Virus record (IMG/VR): IMGVR_UViG_3300037089_000535
Direction: 5' to 3' (one strand)
DNA: 64,000 nucleotides
Source of the DNA: a virus
Lineage: Duplodnaviria > Heunggongvirae > Uroviricota > Caudoviricetes
The position numbers and the translations under genes are program-made. Shown in pieces: positions 15,927-24,668 of the stretch. The notes beneath the pieces were generated by a model. That model did no database searches. It saw nothing but the letters and a program-made list of their open reading frames with translations, and was not told the origin of the DNA. Within the stretch, counting starts at the first letter, position 1. Each line of letters begins with the position of its first letter.

Positions 15927-18344
15927 TTATTTCGTTGCTACCCTAACTCCATCTAATGTTATTGAGGTTGCTCCTGTAATAACAATCGTATGGGTTGCTG
16001 GTGCCGGTGTTGGTACCGGGGCGGGTGGAGTTGGAACTGGCACCGGCGCTGGAGGCGGCGTTGGGGTTGGGGCTGGTGGTGCAGGCGTAGGCGTAACCGT
16101 TTGCAACGCTGCCAACAACTTGGTCCCAACTGGGACACCAACACCAGTACAGGCATCCCAACCTACACGAGCGGCATAGGTTCCGTTGTTGCCGGTGATA
16201 ATATCTCTATACCATCCTGTCAATGAATAGAGTGCTGAGTTTAGATAGCCAACATTCTTTCCAAGGGCCTGTGTTAAACAGGCCGCTAAAGCCGCCCATA
16301 GAGGCGCTACTGCACTCGTTCCACCGATAACATAGTTCTGACCATCGACAATAACATTCCAACCGCTATTTGGATCTGCATTACCGGCAACGTCAGGAAC
16401 GCCACGATACTTTCCGCCAGGAACATTTGCTTTTGCTTGATAGGTTGGAATGGCAAACAGGGAACTAACGCCACCGCCAGTTGCCTCTCCTCCTCCATCA
16501 TTCCATACAACTTCAGTTGTCGTGTTCAAAGCAGGAAGGCTGGTACCTCCACAGGCCAGAACAAGTGGCGATGATGATGGAAAGTCAACGTGGTTTCCAG
16601 ATTCGCCATCACCTGAACCTCCGTCGCCGGCTGCCACTGTTACAGTAATCCCGGCAGTAGCTGCACGCTGGAATGCGGTATTGAAATTGGCAATCGATGT
16701 AGAACTCCATTGATCTTCAGGTGAGTTGCCACACCATGAAACCATGCCCTTTCTACGAACAAACATGATATGGTTGGGCACTGTCAAACAGTATACAAAG
16801 TCATCATAATCAGCTTCATAGCGCTTAGTGAGGCGTTCTGTTTTGTATGTCTCTTTGATATTTACTCGATATTCTATATGTCTGGTTATACCCTTTGCGT
16901 TTTTCCTGCCTCGACGATCAATTGTTTTGATAGACCCAACAAAGCCGAGTTTCAAAAGCAACTCTTGTACACCATCTGCAAGCATCTTTGAAGATGTATA
17001 GTACGCCTGCTTGCCTTTTCCATTCCGAGTCCCATCTCCCAACATAAGAGCATCATATAATATTCTTAATTGTTGTGGGCAGGCCGATAAAATATGAGGT
17101 GGAATAAATTTTTCCCATGACTTACCAAACTTAGCTAGCCCCAAACACAATTCACGATTGCAACAACTCCATCCGTGTCCATTACGGTTGAATTTGAATG
17201 GCATTTTATCAAGACAACGTTGAATCTGCGCAACCTTTTCTGGATTTGAAATTTGTGATATTCCGGTCGAATATGTTTGCTCATCAAATGCCTTGGCTTG
17301 ATATTCTGTTTGTATTATTTCTATTGGTGTATCCTTATGGCGTTTTGCAAAAGTGCCATCGTGCATTCGCTCTATTCTTTGGTTTAGGAATCGTGGTCGT
17401 TTTTTGACAAAGGTGCGTTCTTTATGGTGTGTAACTCCAATACTGGTGTGTCCTTCGGATAGAAAGTAGCCCATGAATTCAAGGTAAAGATCTGCATTAA
17501 TATTTTTACCACCTAAAGTTACCGTCTTTAGCTCCTCACCATTCCATAACGCCGTCTTAGGCACATAACACCAATTATTAGAGAAAATCTCTTCTGATGG
17601 ATATAAATCAGCTTGATGCTTCGCACGTTTCACATACATCATATGATTAGGTGTAACCATCAAATCGGTGCAACTCCCTTGGTAATGGTGCATTTTACCT
17701 TTGTAATGATACTTGTGAGTTTTTTGAATAGGTTGATATTCTAATTCTCCTGTACTGGGATTTAATGTAGCAATCAGCTCATCTCCGTTAATATTCTGGA
17801 AATAACGCCATCCTGTATTTGTTAACACTTCGGTCTCGTTGTCATAACAACCCCAAGAGATACTGATTGCGGTCATATCATCAGTAATAGCCTGGTTGAT
17901 TGCGTCCAAGAAGCCAGCGTCTGTATTTGGGGCCATGTAGCAGTGAAGCTCTGCACCAGGGGCCATTGCACCAATGATACATAGGTCGAGCATTACTTCG
18001 CCATCAGCTCCATTAGGATCGCCGGGAGCGTTCTTTGCCCCATCGATGCCATGAAATACTACTGGCTTTACTGTTAGTCCAAGGGAAGTAAAATACTTAT
18101 TTAGATCTGCTTGAACGTAGCCACCTCCCAATTCAATAACTGCAACTTTGGTTCCAACTCCTGTTGCGTTCGTTGGGAAGCCATAAAATGTGGCCAATTG
18201 CTTTGGGTTATAGCTAACGCTTGTAGCGCGAGATCCGGCGAATGGTCTATGTCCAATCTGTGGAGGAATTGGTGGGCGTCTATTACCTGTGGTGGGTAAT
18301 GCTGCTGCGCCTTTAAATCTCCTGATATATGATATTAGTTGCAT
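15927..18344 (-). CDS. Sedolisin/subtilase-like (S53/S8) serine peptidase interrupted by an intein; C-terminal Pro/Thr-rich linker plus small domain
   Basis: Extein motifs ISISWG|SPEDQW (SxSWGxxE), AAGDGGSGDG and GGTSAVAPLWAAL (catalytic Ser). The insertion begins with Cys right after SWG and ends ..WCGN before Ser. The C-terminus is PTPAPPAPTPTPPPAPVPVPTPPAPVPTPAP. Confidence 0.75.
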   Translation of the reverse strand: MQLISYIRRFKGAAALPTTGNRRPPIPPQIGHRPFAGSRATSVSYNPKQLATFYGFPTNATGVGTKVAVIELGGGYVQADLNKYFTSLGLTVKPVVFHGIDGAKNAPGDPNGADGEVMLDLCIIGAMAPGAELHCYMAPNTDAGFLDAINQAITDDMTAISISWGCYDNETEVLTNTGWRYFQNINGDELIATLNPSTGELEYQPIQKTHKYHYKGKMHHYQGSCTDLMVTPNHMMYVKRAKHQADLYPSEEIFSNNWCYVPKTALWNGEELKTVTLGGKNINADLYLEFMGYFLSEGHTSIGVTHHKERTFVKKRPRFLNQRIERMHDGTFAKRHKDTPIEIIQTEYQAKAFDEQTYSTGISQISNPEKVAQIQRCLDKMPFKFNRNGHGWSCCNRELCLGLAKFGKSWEKFIPPHILSACPQQLRILYDALMLGDGTRNGKGKQAYYTSSKMLADGVQELLLKLGFVGSIKTIDRRGRKNAKGITRHIEYRVNIKETYKTERLTKRYEADYDDFVYCLTVPNHIMFVRRKGMVSWCGNSPEDQWSSTSIANFNTAFQRAATAGITVTVAAGDGGSGDGESGNHVDFPSSSPLVLACGGTSLPALNTTTEVVWNDGGGEATGGGVSSLFAIPTYQAKANVPGGKYRGVPDVAGNADPNSGWNVIVDGQNYVIGGTSAVAPLWAALAACLTQALGKNVGYLNSALYSLTGWYRDIITGNNGTYAARVGWDACTGVGVPVGTKLLAALQTVTPTPAPPAPTPTPPPAPVPVPTPPAPVPTPAPATHTIVITGATSITLDGVRVATK
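16725..17849 (-). mobile_element. Intein (~375 aa) with LAGLIDADG homing-endonuclease domain inside the peptidase gene
   Basis: Begins with Cys (CYDNETEVL) after SWG and ends GN before Ser. Internal LEFMGYFLSEGHTS and LYDALMLGDGTRNG are LAGLIDADG-like blocks. Removing it restores the sedolisin SWGSPE motif. Confidence 0.65.
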
Positions 18345-18385
18345 AATTTATCCTCCAGGCCCAAATTGGGTTCAAAATTATGCTG

Positions 18386-18419
18386 AGTTATGAGCAGATC
18401 TATTTATATCAAAGGAAGT
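18386..18419 (-). promoter_or_regulatory. T4-like late promoter element (TATAAATA box), copy 1, upstream of the peptidase/intein gene
   Basis: The ~34-nt sequence aaattatgagcagatctatttatatcaaaggaag recurs at 19146-19179. On the minus strand it reads ..cctttgaTATAAATAgatctgctcat.. about 45 nt before the ATG. Confidence 0.5.
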
Positions 18420-19120
18420 ATAATTATACAGTGTGGTTTGGGGGTACGGCTTAGATTGTAAAACGTATTAGCAAACTTACTTAGCCGATCTATACGCAAA
18501 GCAAATCTACTACCTGAGATGTTACTAACATGATCTTTCATATTGAAAGCAACCGCATCTCTCTTAGCCTTTTCCGATATATACATTCCGGCCTGTCTCT
18601 CTTGCGGAGTTAGATCGGTATATTGCGGAACTGAAAAGAATTGAGCCGGGTCTTGTATTTGGTTATCTTTCCACACCTGTAAATGACAATGCGGCCATGT
18701 CTTACTAGCATTGCCTGTATTACCAACGGTTCCAAGCGCCGTATTACCATCTACCCTCTGTCCTATTTGAACATTAGCTGTTGCCAAATGAGCATAGTAA
18801 CTCTTAAATCCATTAGCATGCTGAACATTAACGACATTTCCACCCAATGGATCGGTGCCAACGTTAGTGACAGTACCTGGTGCTATGGGGTATAGTTGCG
18901 TTCCACTTTGAGCACGAAGGTCAACTCCCTTGTGCTTGCCACTAAACCCTCCAGAATTATACCAGGTGCCTTTGATTGGAGATTGAAATGCAGAGTTTCC
19001 TGAGGCTGGTAAATGTTGAGAAGCCGGCGCTTGACTCTTAATTGTAGGCTCAAGAAGACCAATCATATCAGAGTCAATCTGATTCTGTAGGTTCTGCGGA
19101 TTGTCATTTGGAAACTGCAT
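18404..19120 (-). CDS. M23-family (lysostaphin-like) metallopeptidase
   Basis: HKGVDLRA (HxxxD), VNVQHANGFKSYYAHL and PHCHLQVW (HxH). Confidence 0.75.
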   Translation of the reverse strand: MQFPNDNPQNLQNQIDSDMIGLLEPTIKSQAPASQHLPASGNSAFQSPIKGTWYNSGGFSGKHKGVDLRAQSGTQLYPIAPGTVTNVGTDPLGGNVVNVQHANGFKSYYAHLATANVQIGQRVDGNTALGTVGNTGNASKTWPHCHLQVWKDNQIQDPAQFFSVPQYTDLTPQERQAGMYISEKAKRDAVAFNMKDHVSNISGSRFALRIDRLSKFANTFYNLSRTPKPHCIIILPLI

Positions 19121-19145
19121 TATTAGGATTGGCCTCGGACGTAGA

Positions 19146-19179
19146 AAATTATGAGCAGATCTATTTATATCAAAGGAAG
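19146..19179 (-). promoter_or_regulatory. T4-like late promoter element (TATAAATA box), copy 2, upstream of the M23 peptidase gene
   Basis: Same 34-nt element as at 18386-18419. The TATAAATA box sits ~35 nt upstream of the minus-strand ATG at 19120. Confidence 0.5.
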
Positions 19180-19661
19180 CTTAATTTGATTGTTTTCGTG
19201 TCTAGATGAGCACGTACTTTTGATTTTCTTAATATCATCTTCAAGAGATGAAATTCTCTCAGATAGTTTTTCAAACAGCTTTACTATCCATGGCGGTGGT
19301 TCTTCAGATACCAATTGCGATTCAATACGTTGTACTGCACCAACCATGTGTTGGTTTTTCTGAGTCCATTTATTTCCTTAAGATCAAAAGAAACTATACA
19401 CTTGAGATACAAAGTTATCCCATGCTAATTAACACATAATTATGAACATAAACTAATATTTTGTACGGCCACCCGGCTTGTTTCTTTGTACGAGCTAGGC
19501 TCCATCTGTAGTTATATATCCTTGCAAATTGCGAATTAGATTCGCAAAAAGCTTGACCCTGGACGTTCGATGAGTACCATGCGTCAGGACCAGGGATGAG
19601 GCTTTGGTTACCTTGGTGACTCTTCATCCAAGGTAGGAACTGAAGGACGTAGGAGGCCACA

Positions 19662-19964
19662 TTGGATACGTATACATTATTTGTAATAAGCAGTTTTGAT
19701 CTTACTAAATTTGGTTGTCCTCATTGTGGATCTATAAATGGTAGTGTCTTATTAATCAATGGAACTTGCTTCATATGGAACTGTGATGATTGCGCCGAAG
19801 AATGTGCAGTTGTTGGAAAATCAGTTGATAAAATGTCTCAGTTTGTAATTAGAAACACTGATATCAAAGACCTTATTGGCCAACATCCTTACCAAGAAGA
19901 TTACAAAATAAACACTTTCGCTCTTAGGGTTAACAATATTCCACTTAACGGAGTTGTTCAATAA
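19662..19964 (+). CDS. Small Cys-rich (Zn-ribbon-like) hypothetical protein; stop codon lies inside mini-array repeat
   Basis: CPHCGS...CFIWNCDDCAEEC. Its TAA stop is part of the degenerate first repeat of the mini-array. Confidence 0.3.
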   Translation: MDTYTLFVISSFDLTKFGCPHCGSINGSVLLINGTCFIWNCDDCAEECAVVGKSVDKMSQFVIRNTDIKDLIGQHPYQEDYKINTFALRVNNIPLNGVVQ

Positions 19965-20062
19965 CCTTCGAGAGATTCAGTTGATGTGAGGTGTTAGAGT
20001 GCCCACATTGTCATGATGCTGATGACGTATCAGTAACCTTCGAGAGATTCAGTTGATGTGAG
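19955..20062 (+). CRISPR. Mini CRISPR array: degenerate repeat, 36-nt spacer identical to main-array spacer 10, then a perfect repeat
   Basis: R1' is 19955-19990 with a divergent 5' part. The spacer at 19991-20026 is gtgttagagtgcccacattgtcatgatgctgatgac, identical to 8138-8173. R2 at 20027-20062 is an exact copy of the repeat. Confidence 0.8.
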
Positions 20063-20113
20063 TGCAAGAAACCATTCAAAGCCAAGGCGGTGGCAAGAAG
20101 TAAAAAATTGGTT

Positions 20114-20148
20114 GAGGGGCGGAAATAAACCGCCCCTCGATTTGTTTG
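20114..20148 (+). terminator. Rho-independent terminator
   Basis: Stem GAGGGGCGG-aaataaa-CCGCCCCTC followed by gatttgtttg. Confidence 0.7.
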
Positions 20149-20149
20149 A

Positions 20150-20344
20150 TTGACAGGAACGTCCTCAATGAATAGTATGCGTGACGAAATCATTGCCCGG
20201 CACATTATGACGCCAGCTGGTAAACGTAAGCTAGCTGCGGCAATCTTCAGGCCGATGGGTAAAGCTATGGGTTTCGATGATGAAACCGTAGAGTGGGCCA
20301 TTCAAAAAACTCTTGAGAAAATGCGCGAAAAGGAAGGCGACTAA
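20150..20344 (+). CDS. Hypothetical small protein
   Basis: ORF whose stop overlaps the start of the next gene (TAATG). Confidence 0.3.
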   Translation: MTGTSSMNSMRDEIIARHIMTPAGKRKLAAAIFRPMGKAMGFDDETVEWAIQKTLEKMREKEGD

Positions 20345-21078
20345 TGCCAAAGCTCAATCAGATAATTGCTATTGAAGACGGCTCAAAGAAGAATGGTTAT
20401 GCAGATCTTTCTAAGACACATCATGTCTTACAGAAGCCAGATTTGTTCTCTGGATTTGTGGCAACGTATGCTCCACACACCGAAGATCCAACACTGAAGC
20501 AACCCGAACAGCGCAAGGTCATCCAGCAAAACGCCCCAGAAATTGTCAAGTTGGCGCAAGTTGGCCTGGCAGAGATGTGGAATATCGTTGCAACCAAAGA
20601 CATTGGCAACTGTTCTGCTAAAGCTGATGTAATTGTTGATGGTGTAACTCTGGCGGCTCAAGTTCCAGTTACTCATCTGCTTTTCTTAGAGAAGCAATTG
20701 ACAGACATCAGAACATTCATTGCCAAACTTCCGGTGCTGGATCCGTCTAAAGAATGGATATATGATTCTAATAAGGGAATGTATCAATCGAAGTTCCCAG
20801 AGCAGCGCATCAAGACTCGCAAAGTTCACAAGTCATTGGTGAAGATTGAACCCGGGCCCCATTCTCCTGGGCAGGCAGATATCATTACTGTAGATGAATC
20901 TGAAGGGTTGTGGACTCAGGTTGACATGTCAACATGTTATCCTCAAGATGCAATCAAGAATATGCTTGACCGTGTCTCGAAGCTATCGGCTGCTGTGAAA
21001 TCGGCGCGCGAGGAAGCCAACTCAATTGTTGTTGAGAAGGCCGCGATAGCTGAAAAGCTCCTAGATTTTATCTTCTAA
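20344..21078 (+). CDS. Hypothetical protein
   Basis: 244-aa clean ORF with no recognisable motif. Confidence 0.4.
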   Translation: MPKLNQIIAIEDGSKKNGYADLSKTHHVLQKPDLFSGFVATYAPHTEDPTLKQPEQRKVIQQNAPEIVKLAQVGLAEMWNIVATKDIGNCSAKADVIVDGVTLAAQVPVTHLLFLEKQLTDIRTFIAKLPVLDPSKEWIYDSNKGMYQSKFPEQRIKTRKVHKSLVKIEPGPHSPGQADIITVDESEGLWTQVDMSTCYPQDAIKNMLDRVSKLSAAVKSAREEANSIVVEKAAIAEKLLDFIF

Positions 21079-21189
21079 TGACTCCGAAACTCTCTTCGGC
21101 TGTGAAAGGCTTGAGAGGGACCGCCCCCTAAGTGGGGGCTTTAGCAGACAATCTGAATCTCAATCTGAATCTCAATCTGAAAGCATAAG

Positions 21190-21237
21190 CGCGCGGGAGC
21201 AATCCCATTGCAGGTTCGAGCCCTGCCCCGGCGACCG
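21190..21237 (+). ncRNA. tRNA-like minihelix (T-arm GCAGG-TTCGAGC-CCTGC plus acceptor-like CCCGGCG-A-CC) without D/anticodon arms
   Basis: Perfect 5-bp T-arm with a TTCGAGC loop. The upstream gcgcgcggg partially complements the 3' acceptor-like strand. Confidence 0.35.
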
Positions 21238-21558
21238 GGCATTAAGCCCTTTCAAAAACGTCGGGTACCCGAATTGGCATAGGGGCGCGTGAGCAAATCA
21301 ATCTATTCTGCTAATCTCAATAAAACCGAGTCAGCCTAATCAAGTTGTAGTAATTATGTAGAGGAGATGCCGATTCGATTTCGGCCCTCCCGGCAAGGTT
21401 TATCAGTCTCTAGTAGATCTTGCCGGGAGGTGGTTCAAGGGAAAAACGCCTCACTTCAAAATCAGTACTACATTAAACGCCGTAGGTTGAAGAGCGGATG
21501 GGCGATGAGGGAATTAGGCTACAACTCCCGAGTCGCCCTTTCTTATTAAGGCTCAGTT

Positions 21559-21810
21559 ATGTATGATGAATTTGATACAAGCGATGACGTTATCTTGTGG
21601 CTAAAAGCCAGAAGTAAAAACAATATCAGAGTGGCTTCAAACCCAATGAAGCTTGTGCTTTGCTTTGTAGACATTGATAGTGGTGATCATATCAAATTCA
21701 AAGTGAGAGAAGCTAAAGATAAGCGCATAGCAAAGGCGTGTCATAAACTTCAGAAGTTTCCAATTGAAGGCGGGGCAATGTTCCAAGATTGGTTGAATAA
21801 CATATTATAA
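21559..21810 (+). CDS. Hypothetical protein
   Basis: ORF following a structured 480-nt intergenic region. Confidence 0.35.
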   Translation: MYDEFDTSDDVILWLKARSKNNIRVASNPMKLVLCFVDIDSGDHIKFKVREAKDKRIAKACHKLQKFPIEGGAMFQDWLNNIL

Positions 21811-21815
21811 TAATA

Positions 21816-22175
21816 GTGCATATCATAGAGGTCAAAATGGTTGATATGCTACTCGTGTCATTGATGGATGCAATTAAATCGCAGAACGATCTTCAAACCG
21901 GCAATGCCGATCTTGAATACGCAAATATTTCATCAGCTCGTTTTGTAAAATCAATGTATGAACTAATAGACCAACGCATCAATACTAACATTGAAGAGCG
22001 TCGAAGGCTAAGGTCACAAGAGAAAGCTAGTATAAAAAGCCTAACTGCATTGAACTCTGCCCCGCCTGCGTTGGAAGAAACAGATCTAGACGATGCTGAC
22101 TATGTTCGAGAATGGTTCGCCCAATACAAGCACTGGTATGATACAAAAAGGAAAGCTGCAATTGTTACGGGTTGA
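21816..22175 (+). CDS. Hypothetical protein
   Basis: ORF. Confidence 0.35.
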   Translation: MHIIEVKMVDMLLVSLMDAIKSQNDLQTGNADLEYANISSARFVKSMYELIDQRINTNIEERRRLRSQEKASIKSLTALNSAPPALEETDLDDADYVREWFAQYKHWYDTKRKAAIVTG

Positions 22176-23415
22176 ATACCTTATTGTACATCTTTGCAGT
22201 ATTCTCCCATGAATACCTATCCACATATTCTTTTTGTCTATTTACTTGAGCAACAACCAGAGACTCATCTTCGAACAAGGTTTCGATTGCCTTTGCAATT
22301 TCTTCTGGCGAATCTGCTTTGATTGTTGGAACGTCTGAGAAGTGAGCGCTAGAACTTGAAATCACAGGAATTCCTTTTGACATTGCTATTCTAGAAATCC
22401 CCGTCGCAGCATGAACCTCATGTCCCTTCTGGGCTACATATGGGAATATCGCAACTTTATTTGTTTTCATGTAAGAATGAATAACGTTGTCCGACTGGAA
22501 CCCTCTAATAATAGCTACATGTTTTTTCAGCTCAAGTTCCTTTACAAGAGCAATTAGTTCATCATAATACTTCTGATGATCCATTCTACCAAACGGAGAC
22601 TCTGAAAACAATGCTGTGAAGAATATGTCATCGTATTTTTCCTTCAGTATTGCTGTTGCTTTTATTGAGTCTTGGAAGTTCTTGTATCGTAACCCAAACC
22701 CAACCTGCAATATACAATGCTTGGTATGATATAAATTCCATAACCTTTCGTCATCGTAGTTACCACATCCATGTGGAATTACAGTAACGGTTCCAGATAT
22801 ACACTTCTCTTCTTTGAGAACCCTTTTGCCGCTCTCGGAGTGGGTAACAATCTCTGGCATGGCGGCTTCACAAATTGTCTTGTCTGCGTGATGAAATACG
22901 CTATGCAATACAACAACAACTCTATAGTCATTAAGTTGAGTCATTAGCGATAGCCAAATTGTTGCGCTTGGGAACAATCCCCACTCGTGATTTATGAGTA
23001 TAATATCAGGATCATATTCCTTTAGTTTATCTATTAGTTCTGAAGGATCCTTTCCTCTCTTCCAACACGGAACTATGTTGTCGCCGGTCGTTCCATTGTC
23101 TTCAATGAACAGCCTATAATCCTTGAACTGCTTAGCTATCTTTGGGAACAACGCTTCAGCATAGGTTGAAATTCCGCACGGCATGTTCCAATTGGTTACG
23201 AAGGCAATCTTTAAATCAGCTGTGTTGCCAAAAGGTTTCTTGATTGCTAGCTGATTATTCTTTATGCGATAGTTGCAAAAGATATCCTCTCCAGATATTC
23301 CGTCATCAGCTTTGATAATGCTTAAATCGTTGGAGCTGAACGGCTGATCTGAGATTACTTTTATTTCATTATTCGAATGACCAACAAACATACTTGTCCT
23401 AAAGAATCTTTGCAA
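22165..23415 (-). CDS. Glycosyltransferase family 1 (GT-B fold, GT4-like)
   Basis: C-terminal GIPVISS and an EX7E-like region (KGHEVHAATGISRIAMSKG). Confidence 0.65.
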   Translation of the reverse strand: MQRFFRTSMFVGHSNNEIKVISDQPFSSNDLSIIKADDGISGEDIFCNYRIKNNQLAIKKPFGNTADLKIAFVTNWNMPCGISTYAEALFPKIAKQFKDYRLFIEDNGTTGDNIVPCWKRGKDPSELIDKLKEYDPDIILINHEWGLFPSATIWLSLMTQLNDYRVVVVLHSVFHHADKTICEAAMPEIVTHSESGKRVLKEEKCISGTVTVIPHGCGNYDDERLWNLYHTKHCILQVGFGLRYKNFQDSIKATAILKEKYDDIFFTALFSESPFGRMDHQKYYDELIALVKELELKKHVAIIRGFQSDNVIHSYMKTNKVAIFPYVAQKGHEVHAATGISRIAMSKGIPVISSSSAHFSDVPTIKADSPEEIAKAIETLFEDESLVVAQVNRQKEYVDRYSWENTAKMYNKVFNP

Positions 23416-24313
23416 CTTCTTCCTTCAATATATCAAAACTCCTAACATAATTGGTGGTATTCTTTTTGGATTTGATAAGATCATGAAGATCTTTTTTATG
23501 TATTCCAAAGTAAGAAACATCAGGCACAATTTTGTCATGATGACTTATCGAAACAAAAGGTCTGTTGGCTAAGTCTGATAAAACAATCCCGTGGTATCTC
23601 TGAGTTAAGATTATGGAGTTTCTTGAAAACATTCTAATGACAGAGCCAATATCGTGCAGCTCATCTTTAATTAGCAAAGACCGGCGGCCATGCTTCATCA
23701 TGCTTATGATCTCATTGGCCGCCCAACTGTCATCAACCGCCTCAGATTGACACATAGGATAGAAACTAACCTTCCAATTATCCTCAATTAGCTCGTCTAG
23801 AAATTGTGACACTTCTGACTTGAAATAGTTCCATGCAATAAACTTACAATTATAATCCCTATTCTTTGGTAACAAAAATGCATTCGGCAAAAACAATAAC
23901 GTCTTCTGTATCATCTCCGAAGGCTCAACATCGTTTAGTGCATAAACTAAATCCGGAATCTTTATTGATGATATTTTGCCGTCATTTCTTGAAGCAACTA
24001 GCTTGGCCATTGATAACAACATACCGTGGTCTTGATGTATAGATGTCTCAAGACCAACTCCAATATATAATATTGGTTTATCAAGAAGCTTTCTCTTATC
24101 AATCGTAGTTTGTATCTTATTATCTAAGAAAGATCCTCCTCCAAAAAATATAGCATCGCAATTTTGGATATGATAATCTTCTATGTTATTAACAAATGTA
24201 AATGTATATTGCGGGAATAACTTTTTGAAAGCTGGTTTAAATAATTCGTCACCCAAATTAGATACATTATACCAACCGTACACCAAAATATTCTTAGTGG
24301 TAGATGTATTCAA
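23399..24313 (-). CDS. Polysaccharide pyruvyl transferase-like protein
   Basis: N-terminal ILVYGWYNVSNLGDELF and AIFFGGGSFLD, as in CsaB/WcaK-type enzymes. Overlaps the GT1 gene. Confidence 0.4.
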   Translation of the reverse strand: MNTSTTKNILVYGWYNVSNLGDELFKPAFKKLFPQYTFTFVNNIEDYHIQNCDAIFFGGGSFLDNKIQTTIDKRKLLDKPILYIGVGLETSIHQDHGMLLSMAKLVASRNDGKISSIKIPDLVYALNDVEPSEMIQKTLLFLPNAFLLPKNRDYNCKFIAWNYFKSEVSQFLDELIEDNWKVSFYPMCQSEAVDDSWAANEIISMMKHGRRSLLIKDELHDIGSVIRMFSRNSIILTQRYHGIVLSDLANRPFVSISHHDKIVPDVSYFGIHKKDLHDLIKSKKNTTNYVRSFDILKEEVAKIL

Positions 24314-24614
24314 TTTCCCTTACTCCGCCGACATGCCATTTGATAATTAGATCTGTTTTATGATCAAATATATGCCTGTGGACTTTGTGTTCCAAATGGT
24401 CATGCTTGTTTCCATCGCATGGAACTGGGTGATCTGCAAAGAACACCTCTACGTGATTAGGTTTACGAACCTTCATTTGAATTATTATTTCGCCCTTTCC
24501 AGAGACGAACATTTTTCCAGACTCTTTTTTCGACATAAAAAATACCTCAAGTGGAAGAGGAGCGCAGAACAGATTTAGTATTGCTCGTATAATGTTGAGA
24601 ATCCATGTGAACAT
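24294..24614 (-). CDS. Hypothetical small protein (possible cupin-like)
   Basis: ORF with probable internal start MSKKESGK. Confidence 0.25.
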   Translation of the reverse strand: MFTWILNIIRAILNLFCAPLPLEVFFMSKKESGKMFVSGKGEIIIQMKVRKPNHVEVFFADHPVPCDGNKHDHLEHKVHRHIFDHKTDLIIKWHVGGVREIEYIYH

Positions 24615-24668
24615 TTGCAGTCCTTTGCCTAGGTATATATCAATGATTGCCTATTATTAATATGGCAT

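Noticed and set aside
15766-16226. ORFs 15766-16179(+), 15943-16161(-), 15959-16156(-) and 15990-16226(+) rich in G/A/V/P/R/W
   Set aside because: They are artefacts of the low-complexity DNA encoding the Pro/Thr-rich C-terminal linker of the peptidase gene on the minus strand.
21100-21240. tmRNA (tag-like frame ALADNLNLNLNLNLKA-stop plus 3' T-arm/acceptor)
   Set aside because: The tag-like frame is only ~30 nt upstream of the T-arm. No 5' acceptor or D-analogue and no pseudoknot-sized body are present. A one-piece tmRNA would have to overlap the 244-aa coding gene. Neither the standard nor the permuted arrangement fits.
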